The position numbers and the translations under genes were made by a program. This document shows positions 1-11,049 of a stretch of 64,000 bases of DNA, in pieces; position 1 is the first letter of the stretch; every line of letters begins with the position of its first letter. The stretch spans positions 27,900,001 through 27,964,000 of the forward strand of contig CM060731.1 of the NCBI GenBank assembly GCA_030704615.1, in the 5' to 3' direction. The stretch is from Takakia lepidozioides. Lineage: Eukaryota > Plantae > Bryophyta. A model generated the notes under the pieces. It saw nothing but the letters and a program-made list of their open reading frames with translations, searched no databases and was not told the origin of the DNA.

Positions 1-43
1 TCCCTCGTCCACAAACCTATAGATGTGCATGAATTCCTCAATC
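1..43 (-). pseudogene. SF3B3: Downstream fragment of the SF3B3/SAP130 pseudogene (runs off the left window edge)
   Basis: The minus strand reads FMHIYRFVDEG. This is the segment (GFIHIYRFVEDG in plant SF3B3) that directly follows the QFMPKKQSLIG segment ending at ~8832. Confidence 0.75.
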
Positions 44-3000
44 GAGGACGCGACGGTCAACTGCGAGTTGGAGCAACGGCCATGGGCAGCGGGCACTCAT
101 CATCTCCTGCCCGGCTGCTAGTGGAATCCATCGCGAGCCCTTCGCCTTCTCTCTCGGATGCTTCGGTGCTGGGATCCAGGCATGACTCATTGTCCGAACG
201 CCCTGGTGATCAGAATCTCGGATACATTGCTGTCACTCCGTCTTCACGAGGCACATCTCAAGTTGGTGGAGTTTCCAGGTGTTTGGTGCTTCTAGTGGTA
301 CAAGTTGATGCTTTCAGAGGATTCTAGTAATAAAACGTTTCTAGTCGTACGTGTTCCAATCCATTTGACGTTGTGTGATTCGAAGTATGGTTTTTGAAAC
401 GTCTCTATGCTTCAGTACTGCGTTTCTTATGATCTGTTTCGAAATGGGAATGCGTTCCGTTCTCACTGAAAACACGTTTCAAAAAAGTTTTGAAACAGTA
501 CACCTTGGGTCATGTCTGAGCTGGCCGTTCATAGTTGTGGTGTTGACGGTGGTTAATGATGCAGGAGCTGCTGAGCTGGAGTGTAATATCCGAGTTGTTT
601 GAGTGGTTTTTCGATGGTCTCTGGAACACCTGCATTGACGCTCAGGTCAGTGGCGTGCTTTTCTTGGCAGTGCTACAAAACGAGCTTTGTACCGGTAAAT
701 AGATCCATCAGCTTTGTACTTCAACTTGAAGATCCACTTGTAACCAATGGCTCTTCGTCCTGCAGGCAACCTAGTGAGTGTCCATACTTTGTTTTGCATC
801 AATGAATCCAACTCTGAGTTTATTGCTTCTTCCCATTGTAGTTTGTCTGGCGAGCGCATCGCTTCCTCATATGTAGCAGGCTCAACCACTTGTGATGCTT
901 CTTCCATAGCTTCAATGGCACTCATAGATGTAATCAGCCTACTAGGAGCTTTCTTTTCCCGCTGAGATCTCCTTAGAATTGGCACATCTTCAACTTCATC
1001 TCTAGAGTCCATATCAACAAGTGGTTCACCAACTTCGACTCCTTGATCAACTTCATCAAGTCGAACACCTCCATCATTTACTTCAGCCATCTCTTGTATT
1101 GGCTCCTTATAAGACTCATCTTGGAAATGGTGTAATGGCTCTAAGCTCATTCCCATGTCATCTTCTCCCACTAAGAGGGTATGAAGCCTTCATCAAACAC
1201 TACGTCCCTACTGTGTTTGACAGCCTTAGTTGTCTTATTGAACAACTTATATCCCTTCACACCTTCTGTGTAGCCAATGAAGATGCATCCTTCTGATTTG
1301 GAGTCAAGTTTCCTTCGCTTCTGAGTAGGGATATGGACATATGCACGACATCCAAAAATCCTACAATGAGCCACACTAGGCTTCTGACCACTCCATACCT
1401 CTTCTGGTGTTTTTCCCAACACTGATTTGGTAGGTATTCTGTTGTGAAGATATGCTGCAGTGCCAACAGCTTCTGCCCAAAAATGATTTGAAAGATTCAC
1501 TTCTTTCAACATACTCCTTGCAGATTCTTGTAGTGATCTATTCATCCGCTCAGCTACACCATTCTGCTCAGGTGTATATGGAACAGTAAACTGTCGAGCT
1601 ATTCCATTCTCTTGACAAAACTGATTGAAGGCCTTTGAGATGTACTCACCACCATTGTCAGATCTCAAAATCTTAAGAGGCTTTCCAGTTTGTTTTTCTG
1701 CAAGTACTTTGAACTCATTGAATTTCTCTAGCACTTGACTTTTCTGCCTTAGGAAATTCACCACAACCCTCCTTGACAAATCATCAATGAATGTCACAAA
1801 GTACCTTGCTCCTCCAAGTGATGTGGTTTGCATTGGCCCGCACACATCAGAATGTACAATCTCCAATATACTTGTGGCTCTTCGTCCACCATCCTTAGGA
1901 AATTGACCTCGATGTTGCTTCCCTTCCAAGCAACTTTTGCATAGACGCATATCGCTCATCTCCTTCAATGGTAGTCCTTCCACAAGATGGCTTGAGAATT
2001 GCATCTGTCTCAACTTCTTAATGCTCACATGACCTAACCTTCTATGCCACAACTCTGTTTCTGACATGACAGGTGTAGATCCCAACTGTGGTGAAAATGT
2101 GGTAAGAGCACTAGAGGCATGATGTTGTAATCTATACAAGCAATTATCAAGAATAGCTCTTGCTACCACAGTTCCTGAGCTATCTGTGATAGTACAACTC
2201 TCATCTTGGAATACCACTCTGTATCCTTTTGCAACAATTTGCCTTACAGACAACAGGTTTTTTGTTAAAGTAGGGACATGCATGACATTTTCCACCTCTA
2301 TGGTTTCCCCTTCATTGAGCATAAGAGAGACTGAGCCTTCCCCACCAATGACATGCTTGCTATCATCTCCCAAAAGAACATATTGTGTAGGTGAAAGAGA
2401 TCTATAGGATAAGAAATGCTCTCTCTCTGAACTCATATGTTGAGATGTTCCTGAATCAACATACCACACATGCTTCTGTCTAGTAGTGGCTGAGAGAGAC
2501 ACAACAAATAAAATAGCATTCCTCTGATGAGTAGCTATGTTCCCTTGACTCTCTCTGCTGCGCTCATCTGCAATGCTTTCTACAATCATTGATCATGTGA
2601 CCAAGTTTCTTGCAATAAAAGCACCTCACTTTGGCCTTTTTGATCTTTGAGCTAGATTGAGGTTTCTGAAACCTCTGGGACTTCTGAGACATATGTGAAG
2701 GGAGTCTTCTATTCAAGACTACTCCAGTCTTGCCTGTGAACAAAGCTCTGTCTACCTCCGTAGACGTACCTTGACCTTTTCTTCTTGTTTCCTCCTTGAG
2801 GAGAAGTCCTATGACAACATCAATAGCTAAGTTGGTTTGTCCTGCTAGAGACACCACAAAACCATCATAGGATTCAGGTAAGGTTGCCAATAACACCACT
2901 GTGGCGTGTTCATCAGTCACATTAGTTCCCACAGAGACTAGTTGATCTCGCAACACACAAAACAAATTCAAGTGTTGTTCAACTGAGTCTGACTCGGTCA

Positions 3001-3430
3001 TCTTCAGACCATAGAACTTTTGCGTCGTATACACTTGCGATGTGATATCCTTCGTCTTATATATGCTTGCTAGCTTGTCCCAAACATCCTTAGCATTCTT
3101 AGCACTTATAATGAGATGCAATTGATTGTCTCTCAAGCTTGTGATGATGCTAGCTCTTGCTTTCTAATCTTTCCTATCCCATATGGCTTGGCCAACAATA
3201 GTGTCAGGTCTTGGGACTGATCCATCAACCACTCCCCATAGATCTTTGTCTAGAATGACCATCTCCATCCTAAACTTCCAGGTTTGATAGTTAGCTCCAT
3301 TGAATCGATCTTCCACTCTCACATCTAATGCACTCGTCATAGACATAGAAGGAGGATTGCTAGAAGACGACGCTCCAGCCATAATCAAGTTCTCTCAATC
3401 TCAACTACCAACTCTCACCTAGAGAAGAAT

Positions 3431-3443
3431 GGCTCTGATACCA
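3431..3443 (-). promoter_or_regulatory. Primer-binding site for initiator tRNA-Met
   Basis: The minus strand reads TGGTATCAGAGCC directly inside the LTR, the canonical plant copia PBS. Confidence 0.9.
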
Positions 3444-3750
3444 TGTTAGAATTGAGCAAGAACATGAACAAGAACTAAAGTCTTAGACCAAAGCTAAAAC
3501 TAAAGCTCTCCTCCCAACCATAGAAGCCACCATCATACTCTTACACTTAGACTAATGGCTTCACCCCCGAGCTTGTACAAGAAGGTCTCTAGAAAGTCCT
3601 ACTTGGTCACTTCCACTTCCACTATGGTGACCATCCACCTTCTAGCCATTCACCTTCCAAAGGTGAGTTAAACAAGATAGTCTCTTAGACTTCTAAACCT
3701 TTGGCCTTCAGGACTCTTAGTCTTCTAGATATGTTTAATTACTTCCAACA
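3444..3750 (-). repeat. 5' LTR of the copia element (~307 bp)
   Basis: Termini are TGTTAGAA (3444) and TTCCAACA (3750), forming TG..CA imperfect inverted ends. It sits immediately next to the PBS. Confidence 0.85.
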
Positions 3751-3761
3751 ATAACAGGGGT

Positions 3762-6700
3762 ATGTTGAAGGTTGCAATGACCAAAAGTGCTTTTAATAGA
3801 GTCCCGCATCAATTCAATCTCAAAGAAGTTCGTCCCTGGACTGGCTGGAGAGCGGTCTTAGACATTGGTGATTCAATGGGGCGCTCTAGGAAGACAACCA
3901 AGGGCAACAACTTCAACTTGAGAGTTTCTAATCGGTTTGATGCTCTGGATGAGGTTGAATCCAAACAGCCAGAAGGACAAGATGCCCTTAAGTGTACGGA
4001 ACCTGAACGTCCTGAATCTGAAGGATTTGGTACTCTGAATGGTTTACCAATCCTCAAGGTTTACACAAGACGAACAAATTCTATACACGGTGTAATTGTC
4101 CCCAAGCCGTCAGATGGACAATCTGTCCCTAAGTGTGCAGAGCCTGAACGTCGTGTAACTGAAGGATTTGGTACTCTAAATGGTTTACCAATCCTCAAAG
4201 TCTACACAAGACGAGAAAAATCTATACACGGGGTAATTGTCCCCAAGCAGTCTGACGGACAATCTGCCCCTATGTGTGCGGAGCCTGTGCATCGTGTAAC
4301 TGAAATATTTGGTACCCTAAATGGTTTACCAATTCTCAAAGTTTACACAAGACGAGCAAAATCTACACATGGGGTAACTGTCCCCTCTTTGCAGAACGGT
4401 TGGCCGTCCAGGAGCAATCACAAGCTACCTAGACGACAAACAATTCACACGCAAAGGGCTGGCTTGCGGCTGACCACTTTCAACTTCTCAGGGTTGACCA
4501 ACCAAAGGAAACAACTTGAAGTGGGACAAGTTCTTCGGACTAATGATATTCATATCTGTGCTGGGCAAGAAACATGGGAAACGTCGGATAAACTGGTTGG
4601 AGATGTCATTGGTTATAAATGGGCAGGTAAGAGTGTTACTCTCAAGGCAGCCTCTGCCAAACGCGGTCAAAAAGGGGTCGGATTCTTTGTCCATGATTTC
4701 TTGTTTGACAATTGTGAAATTATCAACAAGGGTTTGAAGTACGAGCATAGTATCTGGCTAAAACTAAATTTGAAGGGCGGCATGAGTACAAAGGACCTCT
4801 TTGTTGGTTGTGTTTACATGCCCACAGAGGGGACCCTTAGTGCTGACGCAGACAAGGCCTTCGGAGATGTAAAGCTGGACTGTGCTTCGTTCCTTGCCAA
4901 AGGTCAGGTGGTACTATTGGGGGACTTCAATGCCCGGGTGGGCAAAGGGATCCATCAGGACGATATCATTGGACCTTTTGGTGAGGACGAGCTGAATTCT
5001 AATGGCAGACGTTAATTAACTGTCTAGAAGAGCTTCAGCTTTTGACCTTGAATAACAGGACAAGAGGTGACCAAGTGCAGTGGACTCGTGAGAAACCCCA
5101 AACTGCTGGGAACGTTCCATTGTGGATTATATCATAATGGACAAAATTTTGTTCCCCCAGTGTGCCAATGTGTTGATCGACAGAACTGATATTGGTACCT
5201 CTGACCACTTCCTGGTTTGGATTGAGATCAAAAGGTGTTTTCCCACCACCAAGAGATCTGTGAAACATTCGATTCGGAAGTGGCGCATAGAAAAATTCCA
5301 CAATGAGGAGGTCAAGGCTGAGTACGTCCAGGCCTTGCAAGAGGCTCTCCCTCATTTTGTTCAATCGCTCCAAGAAACTTCAGTCACGCTCTGTGACGCA
5401 AGAAATGAAGTCGAAAAGAGCAATGGACTCTGGAGAGTTTCGTTTCCTCCGTGGCTGACAAGATCATTGGGAGGAAACTAATTGTCTGCGGTATAGAGCA
5501 GTTAATTGGTGGACTAATGAGATTGAATTTATACTGGGACAAGTTTACAGTGAAACAAACCACCATGGTGGTAATGACAAGAAATTCTGGTTGCCCTTCA
5601 ACGTTTGTACAAGCCGAAAAACAGTCTGCAAGTACAAGCGCTGAAGACTACTAAAGGTGCAGTGGTGACTTCATCGGTTGACATTGTCAAAACCTTTGAA
5701 ACTCACTACAGTATCCTTGGCAGAACTTCTAGGTCTAACAGTGAGGGTCTTCTGCTGAATGGAGGGACACAGTTGGAAAAAACTGTTCCTATGATTCAAA
5801 ACAGCCCTGATGAACTGGAGTATATTTCAATGGCTTATAATGCTCCCATTAGTTCTTTTGAGATTGTGGAAAAAATTGAACATTTAAATGGATATAAAGC
5901 TGGTGGACCCTGATGGTATTGTCAACGAGCTTATCAAGCACGGTGGCGATCCCATGATAGAGGCCCTAGTTCTCCTCTTTAACCTTATCTGGAAGACTGA
6001 AATGATCCCCTTTCGCTGGCGACAGGGGGTCATTGTCAATCTATACAAGAAGGGTGACAGAGAAGAACCGGGAACTACCGTGGCATCATGCTCCTCAATG
6101 CTGTTGGCAAGACAGAGTTATAAGTACTCGTCTCGAGTTGATCTGGAGTCTATAGGTTGTTTCCACGAAGGCCAAGCTGGCTTTCGACGAAACAGGGGCT
6201 GTGTGGATCATATCTTCACTCTAAGCCAGATTATCCAGGGAAGGAAAAAAGAAGGGAAACCCACTTATGTGTTTTTCCTGGATGTCAAAAAGGCTTATGA
6301 CACAGTGTGAGAGATGGCCTATGGTTCCGCCTCTGGTCTTGTGGGATCAAGGGAAAGATGTGAGAGTTGTCCACAACTTGTATGCTCACAACAAAAGTTG
6401 TGTCACTGTTAACGGACAGAAGTCCAACTTCTTTGACATAGACCAAGGTGTAGCTCAAGGATGTACTCTCTCCCCTCTGCTCTTCAATGTTTTCATCAAT
6501 CAACTCCTCGAGGATGTGGAAAGTGAGGGATTTGGGTTAAGGGTGGGTGATACCACCATACCAGCCCTTTGTTTGCGGATGACTTTGCAGGCATAGGGAG
6601 ACTCCAACCAATCTCCAGGAGTTGATTGATTGCGCGAAGAGATACTTTGATCTTTGGGGGCTAGAGGCTAATGTCAGCAAATGTGCAGTGGTAGCATTCA

Positions 6701-7834
6701 ACGACAGAGGAGAGGGAGGAAGTGATCTTAAGTGCCAGTGGGGTAGCCAAGAGATCCCGGTCCTCCCTTCCTACACTTACCTGGGCGTTGAGTTCTCCTC
6801 CAATTGTAATTGGCATGCACATATCCGGGAAGTTGTTCAAACTGGCAAGGGCAAAGCTCTGGGGCTCACTAAATTTTCCACTGCCGAGGGGTCAACTCTG
6901 AGGTTAAGAAAACCATGCTTTGTCGCGTTATTAGACTTGCCTTGGAGTACGGATCTGCTATATGGGTTGATAACTCCAACCAGGCTAAGTCTCTAGAATC
7001 CATTCAAGTGGGGGTGCTTAAGGAGTGTATGTCAGCATGCTCCAAAACAGCCAATGTGGCTGTTCGGGGTGAGTTTGGCATTCTGTCCTTAAGCTCCCGA
7101 CGAGATGAATTCAAGGTCAGATGGTGGGGTCAGCTGCCACATATGCCCACACCAGATCCTAAGTTAATCGACTCTATATCTTGGAAACAGGACCGCCCTG
7201 TCAAACAGGCTAAGTCCTGGCAGAAGAGAGTAGAAGAGATCCTCAAGGACCTGGACCTGGATCCGCAAGTCTTGACCCTGCTGGATAAATCTGACTTAGA
7301 GGCTGTAGTGTCCTCAGCCCTATCTATTGCCATGAGATTGTCTGATGAAAATGAAGTTAGGCAGAAAACTTCCCTGAACTTGTTCCAGTCTGTGACATGG
7401 GGGAGGACATCTTGGATGACCTCAAGGGTCTACCCACACTCGGCACTAGACTGAAATTTAAACTCAGGGCATGAAGCCTACCTTTGAACAACAAACAGAA
7501 GCAGAGAGGAAAGGGAGAGTGCAATTGCCCGTTGTGTGGGCAATCTGAAGACAGTATTCATTTTCTGATACACTGTCCGGGGTTCTCTCCCGAAAGAGAC
7601 GCTCTCTTCAAATCTATTAAGGGAATTGTGCCTGTACCCTGTCGCAGATTGATGTGTTGAAGGATGTTCTAGAGGATATCTGGAAAACCCGGATTAATTC
7701 TTTATATGGAGGTAAGTCTTACTACCAACGTCAGCCCCTGACAGAGGTAGGTTCTGTCCCTTTTGTTCCCGCTCAAACTGGGCGCGGGGTCAATGGCCAC
7801 AAGGCTACGCAAACAACGTCTTATGAGTACAATC
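3762..7834 (+). mobile_element. Non-LTR retrotransposon (APE endonuclease + RT, RTE/RTEX-like), frameshifted
   Basis: APE motifs: TFNFSGL, AGQETW, GVGFFV, CVYMP, LLGDFNARVG, DYII, SDHF. RT motifs: KAGGPDGI, QAGFR, FLDVKKAYDTV, GVAQGCTLSPLLF, LFADD (~6570), YLGV. C-terminal CPLC...HFLIHC at ~7520-7580. Many stops and indels. Ends TCTTATGAGTACAATC with no poly(A). Confidence 0.92.
3963..4385 (+). repeat. Three in-frame 141-bp (47-aa) tandem repeats in the N-terminal part of the LINE ORF
   Basis: Units start at 3963, 4104 and 4245. Each encodes K..[DE]GQ....C.EP......FGTLNGLPILKVYTRR..S.HGV.VP. Confidence 0.95.
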
Positions 7835-8831
7835 TATTTCTTGCAAGGGCTTGTAACTTACTAAGCTAGTTTGTCATGATTCCTGGCCAAATTGGCTCTC
7901 GCTTTCAGTCCAAACTCGGGTGGGACACAAGTTAGAGGGAATTAGAGAGTCAAGATGAGTTTTAGTATGGCTTTGATGGCTAATCGGGTATTGAATGTGT
8001 AAAATACATGAAGCACTATTGGCAGGTGTTGCAAACCAACCTTTCATAACTCCTCAAGATCTTCACGGTTGGAAGCGAACTTGGTATGGGTCTGTCATGC
8101 TGTCATTCCTAGCTGATTTTTTTGCTCTGGGGACTACGACGTTTTTTCTAGGTTACTTGTTAGGTAACCCAGGAAAAATCAGTTGGATGTGGCTGTGTTA
8201 AATTGGTACACTTTGTGGAATCCCAGTAATTTTAGTGCTTCTGGCCACTTTTATGAGTCTACTTGCAATTGGATTTACCACGTTCATCTTGTATGAGTGA
8301 AAGTATGGTAGGGTTCTGAAGTGATTATAGTAGCAGCAGGTACTTACTTTTCCATTTTGCTTGGCGACGCTAATACCCAGGTTATAGAGTCTGAGTTGAA
8401 TAATGGTAGTACAGAATACCCCTACTTTCTGCACAGTTGTGATTGAATATGTAGCCTGAATCATTGTTAGCATTCCCACTACTTGCATGCCTGCTCTACC
8501 CAAGGCAATTGTCTTGACCTATATTGCACAGCGATCAAATAAAAACGAAGGTAGTAAAGTACTGTCATATTCCACACCAGCTTATGAAATTAGAAGAGCC
8601 TAACAGAGGTAACATGGATGGCAATTTTCAGTCAAAGGGTATCATACACTGGATCATATATGGAGTCACGCACAGTAACAAATCTTCAATTGTTTCAGCT
8701 GCAATGCTATTGTACGATCGAGCGATAGGCCGCCCAAAGCAAGGACATCCAGGTGACTTTGTTTCTTGCAGATTGAATCCCAACGATTTTATACACCTAA
8801 TTGTTTAAGTCTCTCATCCTAATCAATATCC

Positions 8832-10060
8832 CAATCAGTGACTGTTTCTTTGGCATGAATTGTAATATCTTGCAGTTCCAGCAGACAAATTGTTGCAGAC
8901 TTCGGATCCAAAACTCGTATACATAATGCCCACTTACTTGGTTCAGCTTTGGGGCACCCATACTGCTGATCAGGAAGGGGGTCCTCCTCCTCGTCCCCTT
9001 CGCCATTCTCCTGATCCTCTTGTCTCCATCTTGCCATTTTCCTGAGCACCTCCTCCGTGCCCTCGTTTCTTAAGAAGATAAACATTAATAAACCTCATAC
9101 ATGATTTTCTGGCACCCAAGCCTCTACAAACATTTCCTTACAACTCATGTATGAGGTTTATTGATGTTTATCTTCTTAAGAACCGAAGGCACGGAGCAGT
9201 GCTCAGGAAAATGGCAAGATGGAGATAGAGGATCAGGATAATGGCGAAGGGGACGAGGAGGAGGACACCCTTCCTGCTCAGCAGTATGGGTGCAGTCTGG
9301 CAATGATACTCCCTATGACCTTCTGATGGCAGAAGTTATACGTAACACTCAACCTGCAGCTTCGCTGCATCCTTTTGGTTGGCCTCTCGCTCTTCTGTTG
9401 TGAATGCGCCCTGGTCACCCTCTAGGCTAATGATAGACTTTCGCTTAGGGTGAAGAATGAACTGGCGGGGGGTGTAACGAAGGGGCATGACCGTCTGGTT
9501 GAATGTCTCACCCAGTCTCTCAATGGTGAAAACCCTCAGTGCCTCCCTTGCAACTGCTACCACACCTTCTGCACACTGATCTGAAGAAAAGGAAGCTGCA
9601 TACTCCAAGGTTCATATGAAAGTGGCGTCAAGAGAAAATGGCCCTGACGAATGTAGCCAAGCCAAGGCCCACTAGAAAGACAAAGCATGGCCCTACAACC
9701 TCTAACTAGAGCAGAAAATAGCTTTCGAGCCTCAATCCCAAAAACCGTGTCAGTTTGTCGGACAACTGGCCAGTCACCATATCTACCTCTGTTCTTATTG
9801 AGAAACACACTAGCTGGGTGATCCGCCCCGTCTTCACCTCCACTTGATGCTTGAACCTCGAGCAGCAAGAGAGATTCTGGAGGGGATGAAACAGCCTGCA
9901 CACTAAGGATCTGCATGCAATCATCAGGGTCCAGAGACAGGACACATATAGTGCTGTCAAATGATCCTATTCCAAGAACCGTGAGCGTTGCCTCCCTTCT
10001 GGTACTGGTGCAATGTCAACACATGGAACATCACCTGACATTTCTCTCTTTTCACGAGCT
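8832..10060 (-). pseudogene. SF3B3: Splicing factor 3B subunit 3 (SF3B3/SAP130) pseudogene fragment
   Basis: Fragments in several frames: EMSGDVPCVDIAPVPEGRQRSRFL, LSLDPDDCMQILSVQAVSSPPESLL, VDMVTGQLSD, AASFSSDQCAEGVVAVA..LRVFTIERLGETFNQT..PLRYTPR, QQYGCPKAEPSKW..CIRVLDP..LLELQD. Multiple frameshifts and deletions. Confidence 0.92.
8954..9293. repeat. Inverted repeat (arms 8954-9104 and 9145-9293, 40-nt loop), mostly SF3B3 coding sequence
   Basis: Manual alignment of arm 1 to the reverse complement of arm 2 gives ~8 substitutions and 2 single-base indels over ~150 bp. Confidence 0.95.
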
Positions 10061-11049
10061 CCTCTATGAAGGAATGCTACTGAGTTCAACAGCATTCATG
10101 CAAGTTACTTTGGCTCCATTGGGCTCTATAGAATGAGGAACATTTGTATGCTAAACCTGATTACGTTTGTAGTATGGAGATTTTGGAGTGGTCTATGAGA
10201 ATGTCCAAGGACCAGCTGAGCAACCAAAATCTTAGCTGTCCCGACTCCCAAGTACCTTGCAAACTCCAGGGAAAAGACCTTGCGCATCCTACTTTCGTGC
10301 CCTGCTCAGTGCTCAGAAAGAACACCCTCAACACTGACAGTAAAAGCACATACTTTTTCCAGAGCAAAGCGAGACCCTGACTTTAGTCAACAACGGTACA
10401 GTCCAGTACTCCACACAATAAGGTCACACCAGAGATGTCAAACTCCCCTTCTCATCCTGCATGAAGAAAGCTCACCTTGTCAAGGCTACTGTCCCACTAT
10501 TGTGAAGTATCTTTAAAGAACTCCTGCCAGCACAGTTCCATGCTCCAGCGTTGACCTACACGTACACCAAATACCAATTATCGACCTTGCCGAGTACACA
10601 GATGTTGCTATTTGCCTGGTATAGCACACATCCCCACAAACACCATTTCAGGCATAAAACATCATCAAGGGCATTGAAGCAGAATGTACTGACTATGGAA
10701 GAACAAATCCAAGCCCCAAGTATGCATGAACAAACCGAGCACCCATCCGTACTCCAACACAAGATAGACGGAGAGAATTCTCCATATGTGACTCTTTCTC
10801 CATATGTGACTCTTCATCGGCCGTATCTTTCCTCTTCTATAGCTGTCACTTGTGTTTGAACTTGATGTCCTTCCCTCCTCATCCATGCCCCATACTTGGA
10901 ACTTAGAGTCTTACAGGACATGCTTACCAGCACCTTACTGAATAGACATGTTGCTAGCAGGTGAATCCAGGGAAAGTTTAACATTGGGAATGGCAAACTG
11001 CTGAATTTCCTCAGCTCCATTTTCTCCTATTTGCATCCATGTCCTCATC

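Larger units (their letters stand above)
668..3750 (-). mobile_element. Ty1/copia LTR retrotransposon, 3'-truncated and inactivated (gag-PR-IN-start of RT; no RNaseH or 3' LTR visible)
   Basis: Contains gag (FNGANYQTWKFRM, zinc knuckle CFYCKKLGHMINDC), protease WYVDSGT, LWHRRLGH, integrase VHSDVCGP / LRSDNGGEY / PEQNGVAER, and the RT start YKWIFK...YKARFVA, after which similarity stops at ~668. There is an in-frame stop at 3164 and frameshifts near 2580 and 1171. Confidence 0.95.

Noticed and set aside
7995-8503. Hydrophobic plus-strand ORF or minus-strand ORF as an env-like or viral gene
   Set aside because: Interrupted by stops on both strands with no recognisable motif. Left unassigned.
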